A stretch of DNA of 64,000 nt from Octopus vulgaris (Eukaryota): NCBI GenBank assembly GCA_951406725.2, contig OX597828.1, positions 9,982,001 to 10,046,000 of the forward strand. Reading direction: 5' to 3'. The number at the start of each line of letters is the position of its first letter. Position 1 is the first letter of the stretch. Both the position numbers and the translations under genes were made by a program. Below the pieces are notes generated by a model. It had not been told where the DNA came from and made no database searches. It was given only the letters and a program-made list of their open reading frames with translations. Shown here piece by piece: positions 12,600 to 26,755 of this stretch.

Positions 12600-13190
12600 T
12601 AATTGAACATCACGCATCCATTTCCAAGGATGTTTATCTTCACATTTATGATGCGACGTTACTCTATACTGTTTCCTCGCCCATCCTTCTCTAATTCCGT
12701 TTTTCTTCCCCTTCACCGTTTTCTATCTGTCTCTCTCTCTCCCTCCCAGTTTTTCTCTTTTTCTCTCTGCCTTTACTCATTCGTGACCATAGGTCATCTT
12801 TCTGTTCCTCACGTGATCATCTTTCTTTTCCTGGAAAGACGTTGTAAGGACTGCAAATCTATCTCTCTCTTCTATCTTTTCTCTTTCTAAAGAAAATATT
12901 TCTTCTAGCTTTCACTATCTTTCCCCTCATTCTAGTCCAACAACACTCCTTACTTGTTTTCGTTCGGTTTCCTTCAATATCTCCACTGTCCTCTTTTTGT
13001 TTCCAGCTTTGACCATCCATAAAATACAAAATTTATTTTGGCAGTTATGGGAAAAACTGTCTTCGAAGAGTAGATAGACAGCCGACAGCTGATGAAGGGA
13101 CGGTCTTTGTGTTACTTATCCTGATTTTTATTTTTTCTCGCGTGTTCGTATGTTGTTTACAGTTGGTGACATTTTGTACCCATATATGAA
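12495..13190 (+). mobile_element. Non-coding interspersed element with a terminal 37-bp direct repeat (probable Penelope-like pLTR/tail)
   Basis: Repeat at 12506-12542 and 13152-13188; homologous to 38642-39130 on the minus strand; contains CTGATGA at 13089-13095; bordered by TA/CA repeats. Confidence 0.55.
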
Positions 13191-13624
13191 CGCAGACACA
13201 CACACACACACTCGCACATACATATTTATATATATACCGAAGCATGACAGACCCTGTAATTCACATATGCAAAACAGAAGGAATAGATAACGAATACGAA
13301 GTCTGGCGGTTATCTGTGAACATCATATTTCTGGATTATAAACATATTGAATATATATTCCATATATTTTTGATATATAATTCATATATATTGCATATAT
13401 ATTTCACATCCTTCTTCAGCACAGCTTTCCATTGAAAAAGATTTATCATAGATTTATCAAATGCTACGTACCTCAAACCTTCTGACCATGCGACATCAAA
13501 ATATTTGAAGAAAGTGAGCAAAGGCTAAACCTACATAGACGTTTGAATTCATAAATCTTCCCTCCAAAATTTTGCCATGCGCATTACAGTTAGGTTGTCA
13601 AAGGGAGTGAAAAATCCAAATAGT

Positions 13625-14062
13625 AATATAATGATAAGAGTAAATAATTTCTATAAAGGCTTTTAAAAAAACCCCAATTATTTACTGGTAGAATTCGGTA
13701 TGTAAATATAGCCGATTACCGGCAGGAACTTCTGTAAAGTTCAGTATATATATTGTATATAAGAAAAAGGGACAGGCAAAAAAGGTTGCTTGACCGCATA
13801 CCGAAAAAATAGAAATAGCAGTCAAGAATGCTTATTTCTATCAAAGTTGGACATTCTTGTCAGCATTCTTGACTGCTATTTCTATTTTTTCGGTATGCGG
13901 TCAAACAACCTGTTTTGCCTGTCCCTTTTTCTTATATACAATATATATACTGAACTTTACAGAAGTTCCTGCCGGTAATCGGCTATATTTACATACCGAA
14001 TTCTACCAGTAAATAATTGGGGTTTTTTTAAAAGCCTTTATAGAAATTATTTACTCTTATCA

Positions 14063-14069
<7 letters not shown>
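13625..14069. repeat. Near-perfect inverted repeat: 208-bp arms, 29-nt loop
   Basis: 13625-13832 is the reverse complement of 13862-14069 with two mismatches found by eye. Confidence 0.95.
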
Positions 14070-14108
<39 letters not shown>

Positions 14109-14279
14109 TACATACATTCTACCTATTACCTATTATATACGTTTTTATTATTATTTTTGCAATTTACTTAATCATTGGCAATTTACTGTTATTTTAATTT
14201 TAACGTTTCTATTATATGTAATTTTCGAGATGTTGTAATTTAATTGTTCATTTTGAATTGATAAAATGTGTTTTTCTTC

Positions 14280-14326
<47 letters not shown>

Positions 14327-14749
14327 GCACACATATATAATAAATCTCTCACCGAGGTATAAACAGTAGCTGCAAGACATCGTGAAGTATATTTGCCGCC
14401 TAAATGAAGTCAAACCTTAAGGGTTGAATCTACTGTAGCTTGTAGCCCCAGGAAGATATCTCCTTCAGCAAGCTATTGACACACTTTCTGTGCCCTGTCA
14501 GTATTTGCAAGTACTGATGGGTGGCAAAATATATATATATATATACATACATACATATATCGGTAGAAAAGTGTGTGAATGTATCTCTTTGTGAGAGTGA
14601 CACCATAGACACTTCATTCTGAATTATTTTGGCAAAGAATACACAAATTGTACTATAACTGATCGGGAAGCATATACCGAACAGACTCAAGCATATTTTT
14701 ATATCTCGTTTAAATTAATTCACAAGCATTTTGGAAACTTTCAATGGAC

Positions 14750-15075
14750 GCAAGCGTCGATGTATGGTAGAAAGCTTACTTCCGGGTTCAGCTCCACTGC
14801 GTAGCACTTTAGACAAGTACTATAGTCTCGGGTCGACCAAAGCTTTGGTAGGGAGAAACTGCAAGACCATCATATATATATTTGTGTATGTGTGTGTGTG
14901 CGCGTGCGAGTGTGTGTGTGTGTCTTTGTGTCAGCGTTTATCTCCTACCACTGTTTGACAACCGGTGTTCTTTGTCTTTTTGTCTCCGTAATATAGCGGT
15001 TCACCAATAGAATAAGTTCTGAGCTTTAAAAAAAGTCTTGGGGTCTATTTCTACCACTAAAACCCTTCAAGGTGG
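14750..15075 (+). mobile_element. Degenerate SINE family A
   Basis: ttccgggttcagctccactgcg..gtcgaccaaagc..tagcggttc..agaataagt. Confidence 0.75.
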
Positions 15076-15106
15076 GTTTTAACGGTTTTTGCGCTCTCTG
15101 AGTGGT

Positions 15107-15134
15107 ATTGTTGTTATTATTGTTGCTGTTGTTG

Positions 15135-15208
<74 letters not shown>

Positions 15209-15281
15209 ATTATTATTATTAATATTATTATTATTAATAATAATATTATTATTATCATTATTATTGTTATTATTATTATTA

Positions 15282-15334
<53 letters not shown>

Positions 15335-15413
15335 ATTATTATTATTAATATTATTATTATTAATAATAATATTATTATTATCATTATTATTATTATTGTT
15401 ATTATTATTATTA

Positions 15414-15481
<68 letters not shown>
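15107..15481. repeat. (ATT)n microsatellite with an internal higher-order duplication
   Basis: Read directly; the interruption pattern occurs twice. Confidence 0.95.
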
Positions 15482-15651
15482 AGGGTGACTAGCTGGCAGA
15501 ATCTTTACGAATGACGACATAGACACATACCATAACATCTCATTCTACATCATATTTATTCAGTTTGATGTTTCATTCAGTTCGATTAAATTTATTGTGT
15601 CTTCATTCAAATGTGTCTTCTTGTTATAATTAATTCAAAAACTTAACTGAT

Positions 15652-15857
15652 ATCGATTTCAAATTTTGTCACAAGGCCAGCATGTTCGGGGAACCATGTG
15701 AGTCGGCCATCGCCAGTACTCAACTGGTACTTATTTTCATCGATCCCGAAAGGATGAAAGGCAGTGTCAACCTCGGCGAAATTTAGACTCAGAACGTGTT
15801 GACGAATGCCGCTAAACATTTTGCCCGGCGCGCTAACAATCTTGGCAGATCACCGCA
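15652..15857 (-). mobile_element. SINE family B
   Basis: caactggtacttatttt..cccgaaaggatgaaaggc..cctcggcg..ttgcccggcgcgctaac. Confidence 0.85.
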
Positions 15858-17957
15858 CTGAACACTCTTCTCATATTAATACAAATAACATGACTCTTTA
15901 GCCACCGATATTGAGCAAAATCGTTGGTCTACCGGGAAAATGCAATTTTGGTGTTTCTTTCGCAATTTACTTTTGGACTTCAAAACCCGCCAAGGTCAAT
16001 TTTGAATTTCATCCCTCCTTGGTCGCTAAAATAATATACCATCGCTGTACTAGCGTCGGTGAAATCGACTAAACACGCTCTTCCTATAATTGCTGTCTTT
16101 GACCAACATTCTTTTTTTTATATTTTTATGCTTATTGTTATTGTTTGTAGTATTGACGTAGTTCCTATTATTTTACATTTATAGAAAGTCTACCCTGTAT
16201 TTGTACAACATTTGTTTACTTGTTGAAATTTATCCCTAGTCGAACTTTGATTCATAAGGTTTATAATTCCAGAGATTATGATCTGGTCATCCCATTTTCC
16301 ACTCGCGTTGTGTTTATCTACGAAAACCTGTTTTTTTTAGCAGCTAAGTTGTTTATTTATTAGACTGGTTCATTAGTTGTTGCTTGTTGTGTGACAAGTT
16401 ATTTAATTGGATTTTCATGTGGTGACTCGCTTCTGGTTTGAAATTTGTGGAACCAATTATTTCACTTTTCAAAAATGTGCCACCTTACGTTAATGTCGAA
16501 ATCTTAATATTTCTGAGAGGAAAATGTTTAACAGCAATAGTAACATGCAATTCTAGGTAATGTTTTGCTTATGAAATGTTCGGTTAAAATTTGCTTTGAA
16601 ATGTTCGGTTAAAGTTTATTTGGATCCAGAAGCTATTCCTGGAATATTTGGTAAGCGTCATAAAATGATTTCCTGAAAGAAGAATATTACAATATCATTA
16701 TAATTTGCGGTAGTGCACTAGGAACATTAGCTGTGTAACCTTGTGGAGAGTTACCTATTAAGAAACAACGAAACAAAAATTTATATGGTGCTTTATCGTG
16801 ATAGAAGTAAAGACAAGATCCTTCCTTATAATAAAGCACAAATAATTTTCATATTGAAGTTGCCCCCGCTGCTGCAACTGGGAAGACGACCAGCTGCAAC
16901 AACAACAAAATATGAATGATGCTGATGATAATGTTAAAACCGATTTACTTTTAAGAAAGATTAGACAATATTTCACATTCTCGATATGGTGAAAAATATA
17001 TAGTTAATATACATAATATCATTAGTGTTGTTACATAAATCGTTACTTTACGATCTTTAGTTTGGTATTCACGTCGAGTTTATAAAGTGTTTTTCATTTA
17101 ATATTATCCATCATTGATGTATTTTTACATCAGGAAATGAAGCATTTATCTAACTACCAGTACCATATATAACATGTTTGAAATATGTAACATGCTATTT
17201 TATTATTGAATAATAAATTCTCTTGGAGAGAAGTTATAAGGACTTAATATGACAAATGCATATCATATTTAATTACATATACCTGAAAATTTATTTAATT
17301 TTTTACCGTCTTTTTTTCTATCGGTATTTTTGGTGTGTACAAAGAAGAACCTATTCCTAGAATCACAGAAACTATAGTAATTCCCTGTTTTGACCTGAGG
17401 CGTTTGCCAATTAGCGTGCCAACGGTCTCATTTACTGATATTCATGTATCGTAGCCTGGGGCTTATAATTAATTTGTGTACCCAATTAATTCTATTGCCA
17501 TTAAACTACTTAAGTTGTTGGATTAAAAAAATAAATATTTCTGGAGTTTAGGACGGTCTACTATATGCATCTCAAGAATAAAGTTTCTATATATTGTATT
17601 AATTGGTTTCTAAGTAAGTTTATAGGAAATGCTCGTGATATATTTGTACGTTCTCTCTTAAATACTAAGTAATGGAGAACTATTACCTAAGTTTATTTCA
17701 TAACAAAATCCCCAAGTTTTCTTATTGTGTACTATTACGTGCAACCTGATTTCTATACATGAAGTAACACAAATGCAAAATGCTCCTTCGAATCAATATT
17801 CCAGAAGAATTATTGAATATTTGGTCATTTGGTTTTCAACGAAACATATGTGCTAATGCATAATAATGCAATGAAACAGAGAGGTTCTAAACGATTTCTG
17901 CAATAGAATAAGAAATGAAAACAATACCTTCAGGTACACTAACGGATTTACAATGCC

Positions 17958-18016
<59 letters not shown>

Positions 18017-18034
18017 GTGTGCGTGCGCATGCGT

Positions 18035-18420
18035 CGCTGATCTAGCAGTACTGCAAGTGACCGATATAGCGGTTCGGCGAGTGACCGAGAGAATATATCC
18101 CAGGCTTAAAAAGAATATGAATACCTATTTCTTTACTACCCACAAGGGGCTAAACACAGAGGAGACAAACAAGGACAGACGGATTAAGTCGATTAAGTCG
18201 ATTAAATCGTAACAGGTACTTATTTAATCGACCCCGAAAGGAGGAAAGGCAGTACTGCTAGATCGGAGATATTTGAACTCACAACGTAACGGCAGACGAA
18301 ATACCGCAAAGCATTTCGCCCGGTGTACTAACATTTCTGCCAGCTCGCCGCCTTCATAAATACCGGTGTCTAATCAGTATGGCTACGGTCGAATGACTGA
18401 AATAAGTAAAAAGATAAAAC
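18035..18420. mobile_element. Family A SINE 3' part (+) with a nested family B SINE (-, 18121-18355)
   Basis: tagcggttcggc..gaccgagagaata before the insert and aatgactgaaataagtaaaaaga after it; full family B reverse complement in between. Confidence 0.85.
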
Positions 18421-18664
18421 AGATTTGCACGTTTGTATGAATGCATGTCGATGTTTGTATATGTGTGTGTGTATGTAACTAAACGTTTTTCGTTGCGCAA
18501 ATTCCATACACAGATTCATAAATAGCTATAAGTAAATGTAATATCATTTCCAAGAGTATTATATCTATAAATTGTTGAGTCACCAGTGATTCTGATCTAT
18601 TTTCTGCAGAAAAGAGCTTTATATTTGCTTCGAAATAAGGACATGAGGACAATATTTACTGTTT

Positions 18665-18852
18665 GACAGGAGCGTTAGCAGGCCGGACAAAATGCTTAGC
18701 GATATTTCGCACATCTTTATTTTCTGAGTTCAAATTCCGCCGGGGTCGACTTTGCCTTTCATCTTTTCCGGGTCGAGAATGTACCACTGAGTTCGACGCA
18801 ATCCACTTATCCCCTGCCGGCAAAATTGCTGTCCTGTGCCAAAATTGGAAAT
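18665..18852 (+). mobile_element. SINE family B
   Basis: cgttagcaggccggacaaaatgcttagc..gagttcaaattccgccggggtcgactttgcctttcatc. Confidence 0.85.
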
Positions 18853-19659
18853 AAGTAATATTATAATTGGTCCGATTTCAAGAAAATTGCAGCAACAAAA
18901 GATATTCTAGCAGGGAAAATTCCGACTGTTTTTTTTTTCTCTTCCAATCAAATGGAATGCATTTCACATCAGATTATCAAACATGTTCCTTTTGAAAGCC
19001 AAATGAATTCGCAAATGCTTCCTCGTTAGACCTCCAAATTCATTGACCTGAGCATAATGGAAACAATGATGTCCACTAACTTCAAGGCAACGATGATGGT
19101 GACGATTACTTATCATATTGAAAACAAAGACGACAGAGATGATAATATTCATAAAGAGGCGAATAGTAAAGTTTTAAAGAAATTTGGAATTTCTATATCA
19201 TAAACAGCGAAAAGTCATCCATAAGTATTTTTGCATATAATAAAATTGCTTCTGTCCCGTGATATCCTTCACTAATGGCATAGAATAAAACTACATTATA
19301 CAATATACGAATGCATTGTTATTTCGTCGTATCAGTTTGATTTGATATCCCTAATATAGTTGCTATCCACTTTAACATGCAAGAAATAACTAGCAAAATC
19401 CCTGAAATTTTACTTCTAGATGAAAACTATGGAAGCATTTTATGTTTTGCCTTAGGATTAAGGTTCATAGTGTAATTATAAATTTTATTGCATATTAAAT
19501 ATATTAGATTTGAATTAGATGTGCGTGCAATAGAATATCTCATGCTTTATCTATCTACAAATATACGGAGACACGAGTTACGATTTATCTCCATATACAT
19601 ATATATGCATATATGTATTCATGTATGTATGATTATATGTATGTATATGTGTGTATATC

Positions 19660-19697
<38 letters not shown>

Positions 19698-19777
19698 CAT
19701 ATATATATGCATATATTTATACATGTATGCATGATTATATGTATACATGTATATATGTGTGTGTGTATATACATGTG

Positions 19778-19841
<64 letters not shown>

Positions 19842-20670
19842 CACAAACGCACACGCGCATATATTCATATCTACAGAAATGAGTTCAGGGAGATTGCATC
19901 CTTGCATCAGAATATAAGCCTTCCAGCAAATAGCATAGGTAATTTCGGAATATAGAGAATACGATTAAGTTGACATTCTCTGCAATATACAGATTTCACG
20001 TTTGTTATTCAGCATTACCTACTCTTCCATGTCAGTAATAATGAGCATGGAATTTCAGATATCTTATGCGTGACTGAGGACAGGCAAGTTCCATAAATCT
20101 TTATATTTTTCTCAACCGCATAAGAGCAATTCCAAAGAATTTAGTAATGTTTCATTGAAAACGAACACGTTCCTATATGAATGTACGCCTCTAAGTATGT
20201 GTATGTACATAAGTATATATGTGTCTATATACATGTATGTGAGATATATATATATACACGCACAAATGCATGTAAATTGTAACGTGTATAATCTCGAACG
20301 TAATTTATCGGAATTCGGTTAAATCTTACGTAATGTGTGTGTATGTGTGTGCCTTGCTGCGTGTGCATATATATATAGTATTCGTGAATTAAATTAACTT
20401 CATCTAACCATTTGCTTACGTCAGCCGAAGTATATTCTGCAATATTTTGGTGTTTTTCAACTTCACCATATTTTCTTAAGCCCAATGATCTTCGCATCTA
20501 GCAATTTCGAACGCTTGCTCTTTTAACCGCTTCTTTAGTTCACCCGTATGATTTAATGTTTTTTCATAAATCCTATGACCTTCCGAGATACATGAACATT
20601 ATGCCTATATCTACAATGTAATCCTTTATTCAAATTTATTGTGGCTTTTCCCTTTTTAATATATAGCATA

Positions 20671-20748
<78 letters not shown>

Positions 20749-20752
<4 letters not shown>

Positions 20753-21500
20753 GGCAAGCTGGCTAAATAGTTAGTACGGCGGGTAAAATGCATGGTGTCA
20801 ATTGGTTCATCTTTAAGTTCTGAATTCAATTTCCGCCGAGGTCGATTTTGTACTTCATCTCTTTTGTGGTCGATAAGATATGTAGCAGCCGAACGCTGGA
20901 GTCGATGTATATGCTGGTCTTGTGCCAAAATTTGAAACCAATATAAGCTATATTTAACATATACACACTGTTAAAAGCATACTGACGAACTTAGAAAACA
21001 TTCTCTATAAGAGGTTTATACAAATGTTGACACAAAGCCAGTGATTTTAGGATAGGGGGAAGTCGATTACATCGGCCCCAGTGTACGACTATTTTTTCGG
21101 CGTCATGACATGTGTGACAAGTCGACCTCGGCTGAATTTGAAAGCAGAAGGTAAATGCGAATGAAATGCTGCTAAGCATTGTACCGGCCTGGTAAAGGTT
21201 TTACTAGCTCACCGTCCTCTGCGCACAGATATTGGTTTCGAATAAGTATATTGAGGAACTTAGAAAACATTCCTCGTGAGATGTTTCTACAAATTTTGAC
21301 TCAAGGACAGCAATTTCAGAAAAGGAGGAATTCGATTACATTGATACCAGTGTACTGCTGGTACTTATCTTATTGACACTAAGAGGGTGAATGGTAAAGG
21401 CGACCTCAGCGGAATTTGAACTCAGAAGATAAAACAAGACCAAATGCTAGTATGCATTTTTTTCCGGCATACTAACGGTTGTGCCAGCTCACCATCTTGC
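20749..21500. mobile_element. Three family B SINEs: 20749-20940 (+), 21020-21220 (-), 21285-21500 (-)
   Basis: Each carries the ccgccgaggtcga / gacctc(g/a)gc core and a degenerate B box. Confidence 0.75.
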
Positions 21501-22205
21501 GCTTATACAAATATTGTAATATATTTTTATGACATATATTCGCATTTAACGCATGACAAGAAAAGCAAATTTGATATTATCTAAACATGGACTAGAACCC
21601 ACGATGTTGTCCCAATTACTAGGCTACACACAAACAAAATTTTCTCTGTGATTACTGGGCATTGGTAAAGCGGCATCAAAATGACAGTTTTATTTCTTTA
21701 TGTAAGCGTATACATATATTTCTACAACTAGGTAGTTACAGAGGCAGAAATATGTGTCCCAATTCATGTCAATATATGTCGATATGAATTTGCAATTCAT
21801 TTAAGATGCAGATAAAATATGTACCAGACAGAAATATCTATACCGTCCGATATAGACAACAAATTCATTGTAAGGTACTTCACCCATGAGGGCGCATTTC
21901 TATGGCTGAATCAATTAAAAGAGGAAGTCAAGAACATAATATAAAATTTCTTTATATACTTTGATATAATTGTTAGCTTTGAATTCTAAAGATAACATTT
22001 AGACTTAATTTCGGAAAAACAATCCCGTTTCTAAATGAAATTTCATGCAGCATATCTTCAGAAATGAAATTTACCAAATTAACTTTTATTATCGTGCACT
22101 GCGTCGATTAATTATTTGATGTTGAAGTTTGTGATTTTCTATGCATGGCGAGTATGCGTATTTTTGTGCACACTTATATGTGTACTTATATGCGGCACAC
22201 ACTCA

Positions 22206-22231
22206 CTCACACACACACACACACACACACC

Positions 22232-22307
<76 letters not shown>
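22206..22307. repeat. (CA)n microsatellite
   Basis: Read directly from the sequence. Confidence 0.95.
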
Positions 22308-22311
<4 letters not shown>

Positions 22312-22866
22312 TTTATGATTATATTTGAGGAATATTAAGAGTGCAACTCTGTAGAGCTGTGTCTATGTGAGTTTAACATTCTTAGATGATTCAATAGTTC
22401 TCGCCCACCAATTCATGTTATGTCTCGCATAGTTCAAAGTTCAGACGAACGTTATCTCTTTCTAATCCAAGAACGATTCTATTTAATTAGAAGGTCTTCT
22501 GTTGTCAAAATGGCTAGGTCAACTGGAGCTAACTGCAAATTTTATGCTTGTACTTTGATTATCTGAAATCAAAGCATTTTCAGGATTATATTATTAAAAT
22601 CATCAAAATCTCAACAATGTACAGACTACGTTTTGCAGGGTTATAATACTTAGGTCCTTTATTGCGCAACTCTTTGATATATTCGATATTTTTCTTTTGT
22701 AAACCTTTATGTAGAATATCAAAATAGATGTGTATGCCTACAAGTATATGTAGATACATACATACATACATACAGACACGTATAAAAATACACACGCACG
22801 CACATACACACAAACACATATATGCATGTATACACGAATATACAGATTCCTGCGCCGCAATCTATG

Positions 22867-22916
<50 letters not shown>

Positions 22917-23015
22917 TTAATACACATACAGTTACATACACACCCACACACCCACACCCACATACACATATATATGGATGTGTGTGTGTGTGTCTGTTTC
23001 TAAATGTGTATCAAA

Positions 23016-23082
<67 letters not shown>

Positions 23083-23978
23083 AATAAATAGTTGCGGCGC
23101 GGTAATCTGTGTGTATAAAGTTATAGTCATATATGTACCTACACACACACATACGCACACACACACACACACAAAAACACACACACATATATATATATAT
23201 ACACATATATAAAACTGTTATATATTAAACGTGCTGAAATGAAAATATAAAAAAGGAACGATTGCCTTTGCCATTGGCAACTGACCTACGACCTTTTGAC
23301 ATTGCGTCAGAAAACGAGATGATGAAATTACGAAAATGATATAATAATTAATCAAAATCGAGTTAGCGATGAAGAGATGTAGAAAAGTTAATAAGAATTC
23401 GGATTGCTCAGACATAAAATATGTACTTTAATTATTTTCATGAATGTAACAATTGCCAAAGGCTAATTAAATAACTTCTAAACCTAGCTGAGGACAGCAT
23501 TTTAATTTTCATATTTCCTCCAAACTTCGTGCATAAATAATTAGGATCTGAAATTAAATTTATCGCATTTTCTCATAAACACAGCAATAGCTAGTTTGAA
23601 ATTTAAACGTTTAAAGCATCATGGATGTAAATAGCCTTACCAAGCAGGTCCACTTTCCAGCAATAGACGTGTGAAGGCGCACACGCCTTCGTTCCCATCA
23701 AGGCATCCATGCACTCACACACACACACACACATTCACAGATACGTGACAAGCACACACATAGACTCACGAGTGTATATATTTTCTACACCCAAACGCGC
23801 ACACTGAAACACACATATATATTTATTTATATATATTATTTACATTCATTATTTCTTTTATGTGATTCAGCTCTAACACTGCGGCTATGCTGGAGCATAT
23901 ATATATATATATATATATATATGTGTATATATGCATATATATATATATATATGTACGTATGCGTGTGTGCTAGTTCTA

Positions 23979-24035
<57 letters not shown>

Positions 24036-24139
24036 CATAACCACACAAAATACAGAGAAACTCAAACATATATGCCAACACATATATATATATATATATA
24101 TAATTGATAACATATACATATATATACATATATAGATAT

Positions 24140-24203
<64 letters not shown>

Positions 24204-24780
24204 AGTGAGAGAGAGAGGGAGAAATGTATACATAAATATAGAGGGAGAGATAGATAGTTAGATACACAAATGCAATAAATTTTCGTCACTTTCAGCAATC
24301 GGTAACGAGTATTTATTTATTCGCTCAGCTGAACACCTGTCCATTGAATTAACGAATATGTGACCGAGCATGCAAGATGCGTTTCTCTTTAGCCTCGGGT
24401 AGAACAAAGGCGACCAAATATGTCACAAGGAGGGACCTTTGAATTACACGTATCAATACAATCCTTTCAGAATCTTATGTACAGATCACGTCTTCATAAT
24501 TTCAGGGATAATGCTTGTGTCAAACTGAGTATATGATGAAAGAGTTTTGCCTTCAATTCTGGACATTAATTGACCTGGAGCTCGTTGACTGAGGAGAGAA
24601 TTTCTTGTCATTATTCATTCAAAATTTCATCTAATATGTATAAAAAGATTTATATACATCATCACATGCAACCACTCCTATACAGATTAAAATCAAACAC
24701 ATATATGGATAGACAGACAGATTGAAATAAATATAAATATACAGATAAAATTTGGATAGACGCACAGGTAGAAATCGGGT

Positions 24781-24851
<71 letters not shown>

Positions 24852-25489
24852 TAAGTGAAGAAGTGTATTGTAAATTCACAAATCAGAAACAAAAATGTAT
24901 AGTATATACTGAGTACACGGAGGGGTGGAAGGCAGTCACAGAAGGTCACCATCAATGGTGTAAAACTGAGTAATACTATCTGGTGGAGAATGAAGTAGTA
25001 AGGACCTTGCGTCTGTGTTCCGTCTGTTCGTGTACCCACGATACGCTTTTAATTTGTCGTTTTTGCATTTACAATAGATTGTTTTTTTTTTCATTTATTA
25101 AGTAACAGAAAGCAACGCGCACTCGCTTTGATTTTATTTATTTTTTGATTTATAAAAACAAACTTACGCCACTATTAATTATTAATTATTACTTAATCTC
25201 TTCTGTAAATTCATTACCCCCTTCTTCACTCAAGGTTGTTTGGATTTTATATAATATAATATATGTTAATTTACACCTACAAACCGCCCAGCCGTTACAA
25301 CACTTTATATTTCGAAAATAAGTTACCTAATCAAATTCAAATGCTTATTCGTCAAATTAATTTATATCAAATAATGTATTACATGTACTATCAGAATTTT
25401 CTATCCTGGAAACAGCTGTAAGACCTATTTATAAATGTTCTAAAATCTTCACAGCCTTGTTTTTTTTTATATCAATCTGAAAAAATATC

Positions 25490-25491
<2 letters not shown>

Positions 25492-25574
<83 letters not shown>

Positions 25575-25576
25575 AG

Positions 25577-25656
<80 letters not shown>
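25492..25656. repeat. Compound (TA)n-(GATA)n microsatellite
   Basis: Read directly from the sequence. Confidence 0.95.
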
Positions 25657-25779
25657 GAACGGATGGATGCATGGAAGGATGAATGGATAGCTACATAGAT
25701 ATATATTTATTTATTTATATATATACAGATATAAGATTCCTAAAACCAGTAATTATGTTATTAAACATACTTTTTACAA

Positions 25780-25978
25780 TAAGCACAAGGTTTGAAATTT
25801 TGGTATTGGGAGATCTATAAGTTTTACTCCGCTCTAGACCTCATGATGGACTTATTTTATCGACTCCGAAAGAATGAAAGACAAAATTAATCTCAGAGGA
25901 AATTGAAATCAGAACATAATCCTGGGGAGAAATGCCAGTAAGCAATTTGTCCGGCGTTCTCAAGATTCTCCCAGCGCT
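25780..25978 (-). mobile_element. Degenerate SINE family B
   Basis: gcacaaggtttgaaatttt..cttattttatcgactccgaaagaatgaaagac. Confidence 0.65.
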
Positions 25979-26714
25979 CTAAAGACTTGCTGACGTTAGT
26001 AATAATAATAGATTATAATACAGGCAGAATGCCAGGAATTTTTATGAAACATGTTAGTCGATTAAATCGACATAATGCTTGACTGATATTTTACTGTCTT
26101 AACCCCGGAAAGATTTAACACAAGCTTGATCTTCACTTGGGTTAAATCGATGAGTAGAATAAAAACCGAAAGACGTTTGTGTGAAGATTCTCTAGTCCAT
26201 ACACAAATACAAGCCCCCACACACTCATATACACGCATGCATATACATATAAAAATGCAATATTTTATATAACCAAAAGAAAACCCAGTTATAGCAATAA
26301 ATTGCTTTCGGAATCACTATTCAAATTCATATAGACCCTTGTCTTCTTTATTGCATTACGTTTCTTTACTTTATATACACAATGATCCCTACACTCACAC
26401 ACATACTATATAACCTGATGTACAAGATGAGACACTACGATATATATAGATATATATATATGTATGTGTGTGTGTGTATGTATATATGTATGTATAATAT
26501 ATATATGTATATATAAATACATATATATATGTGTGTATGTGTGTATTTGTATATACGTATCATATATATGTATAATATCTAGATGTATTGTATATATGTA
26601 TTATATATGTGCGTGTGTGTGTGTGTATATATATATACACGCATAAGTTGATACGTATATATTTCTCTTCTAATGTATGTATACGTGTTAACGAACTATG
26701 CCTTTCTCTCTCTT

Positions 26715-26755
<41 letters not shown>

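Noticed and set aside
15026-15538. Poly-N, poly-I and poly-L ORFs
   Set aside because: (ATT)n microsatellite read in different frames.
18964-19152. 62-aa ORF with hydrophobic start resembling a secreted peptide
   Set aside because: Short, with no recognisable motif or splice support; expected by chance.
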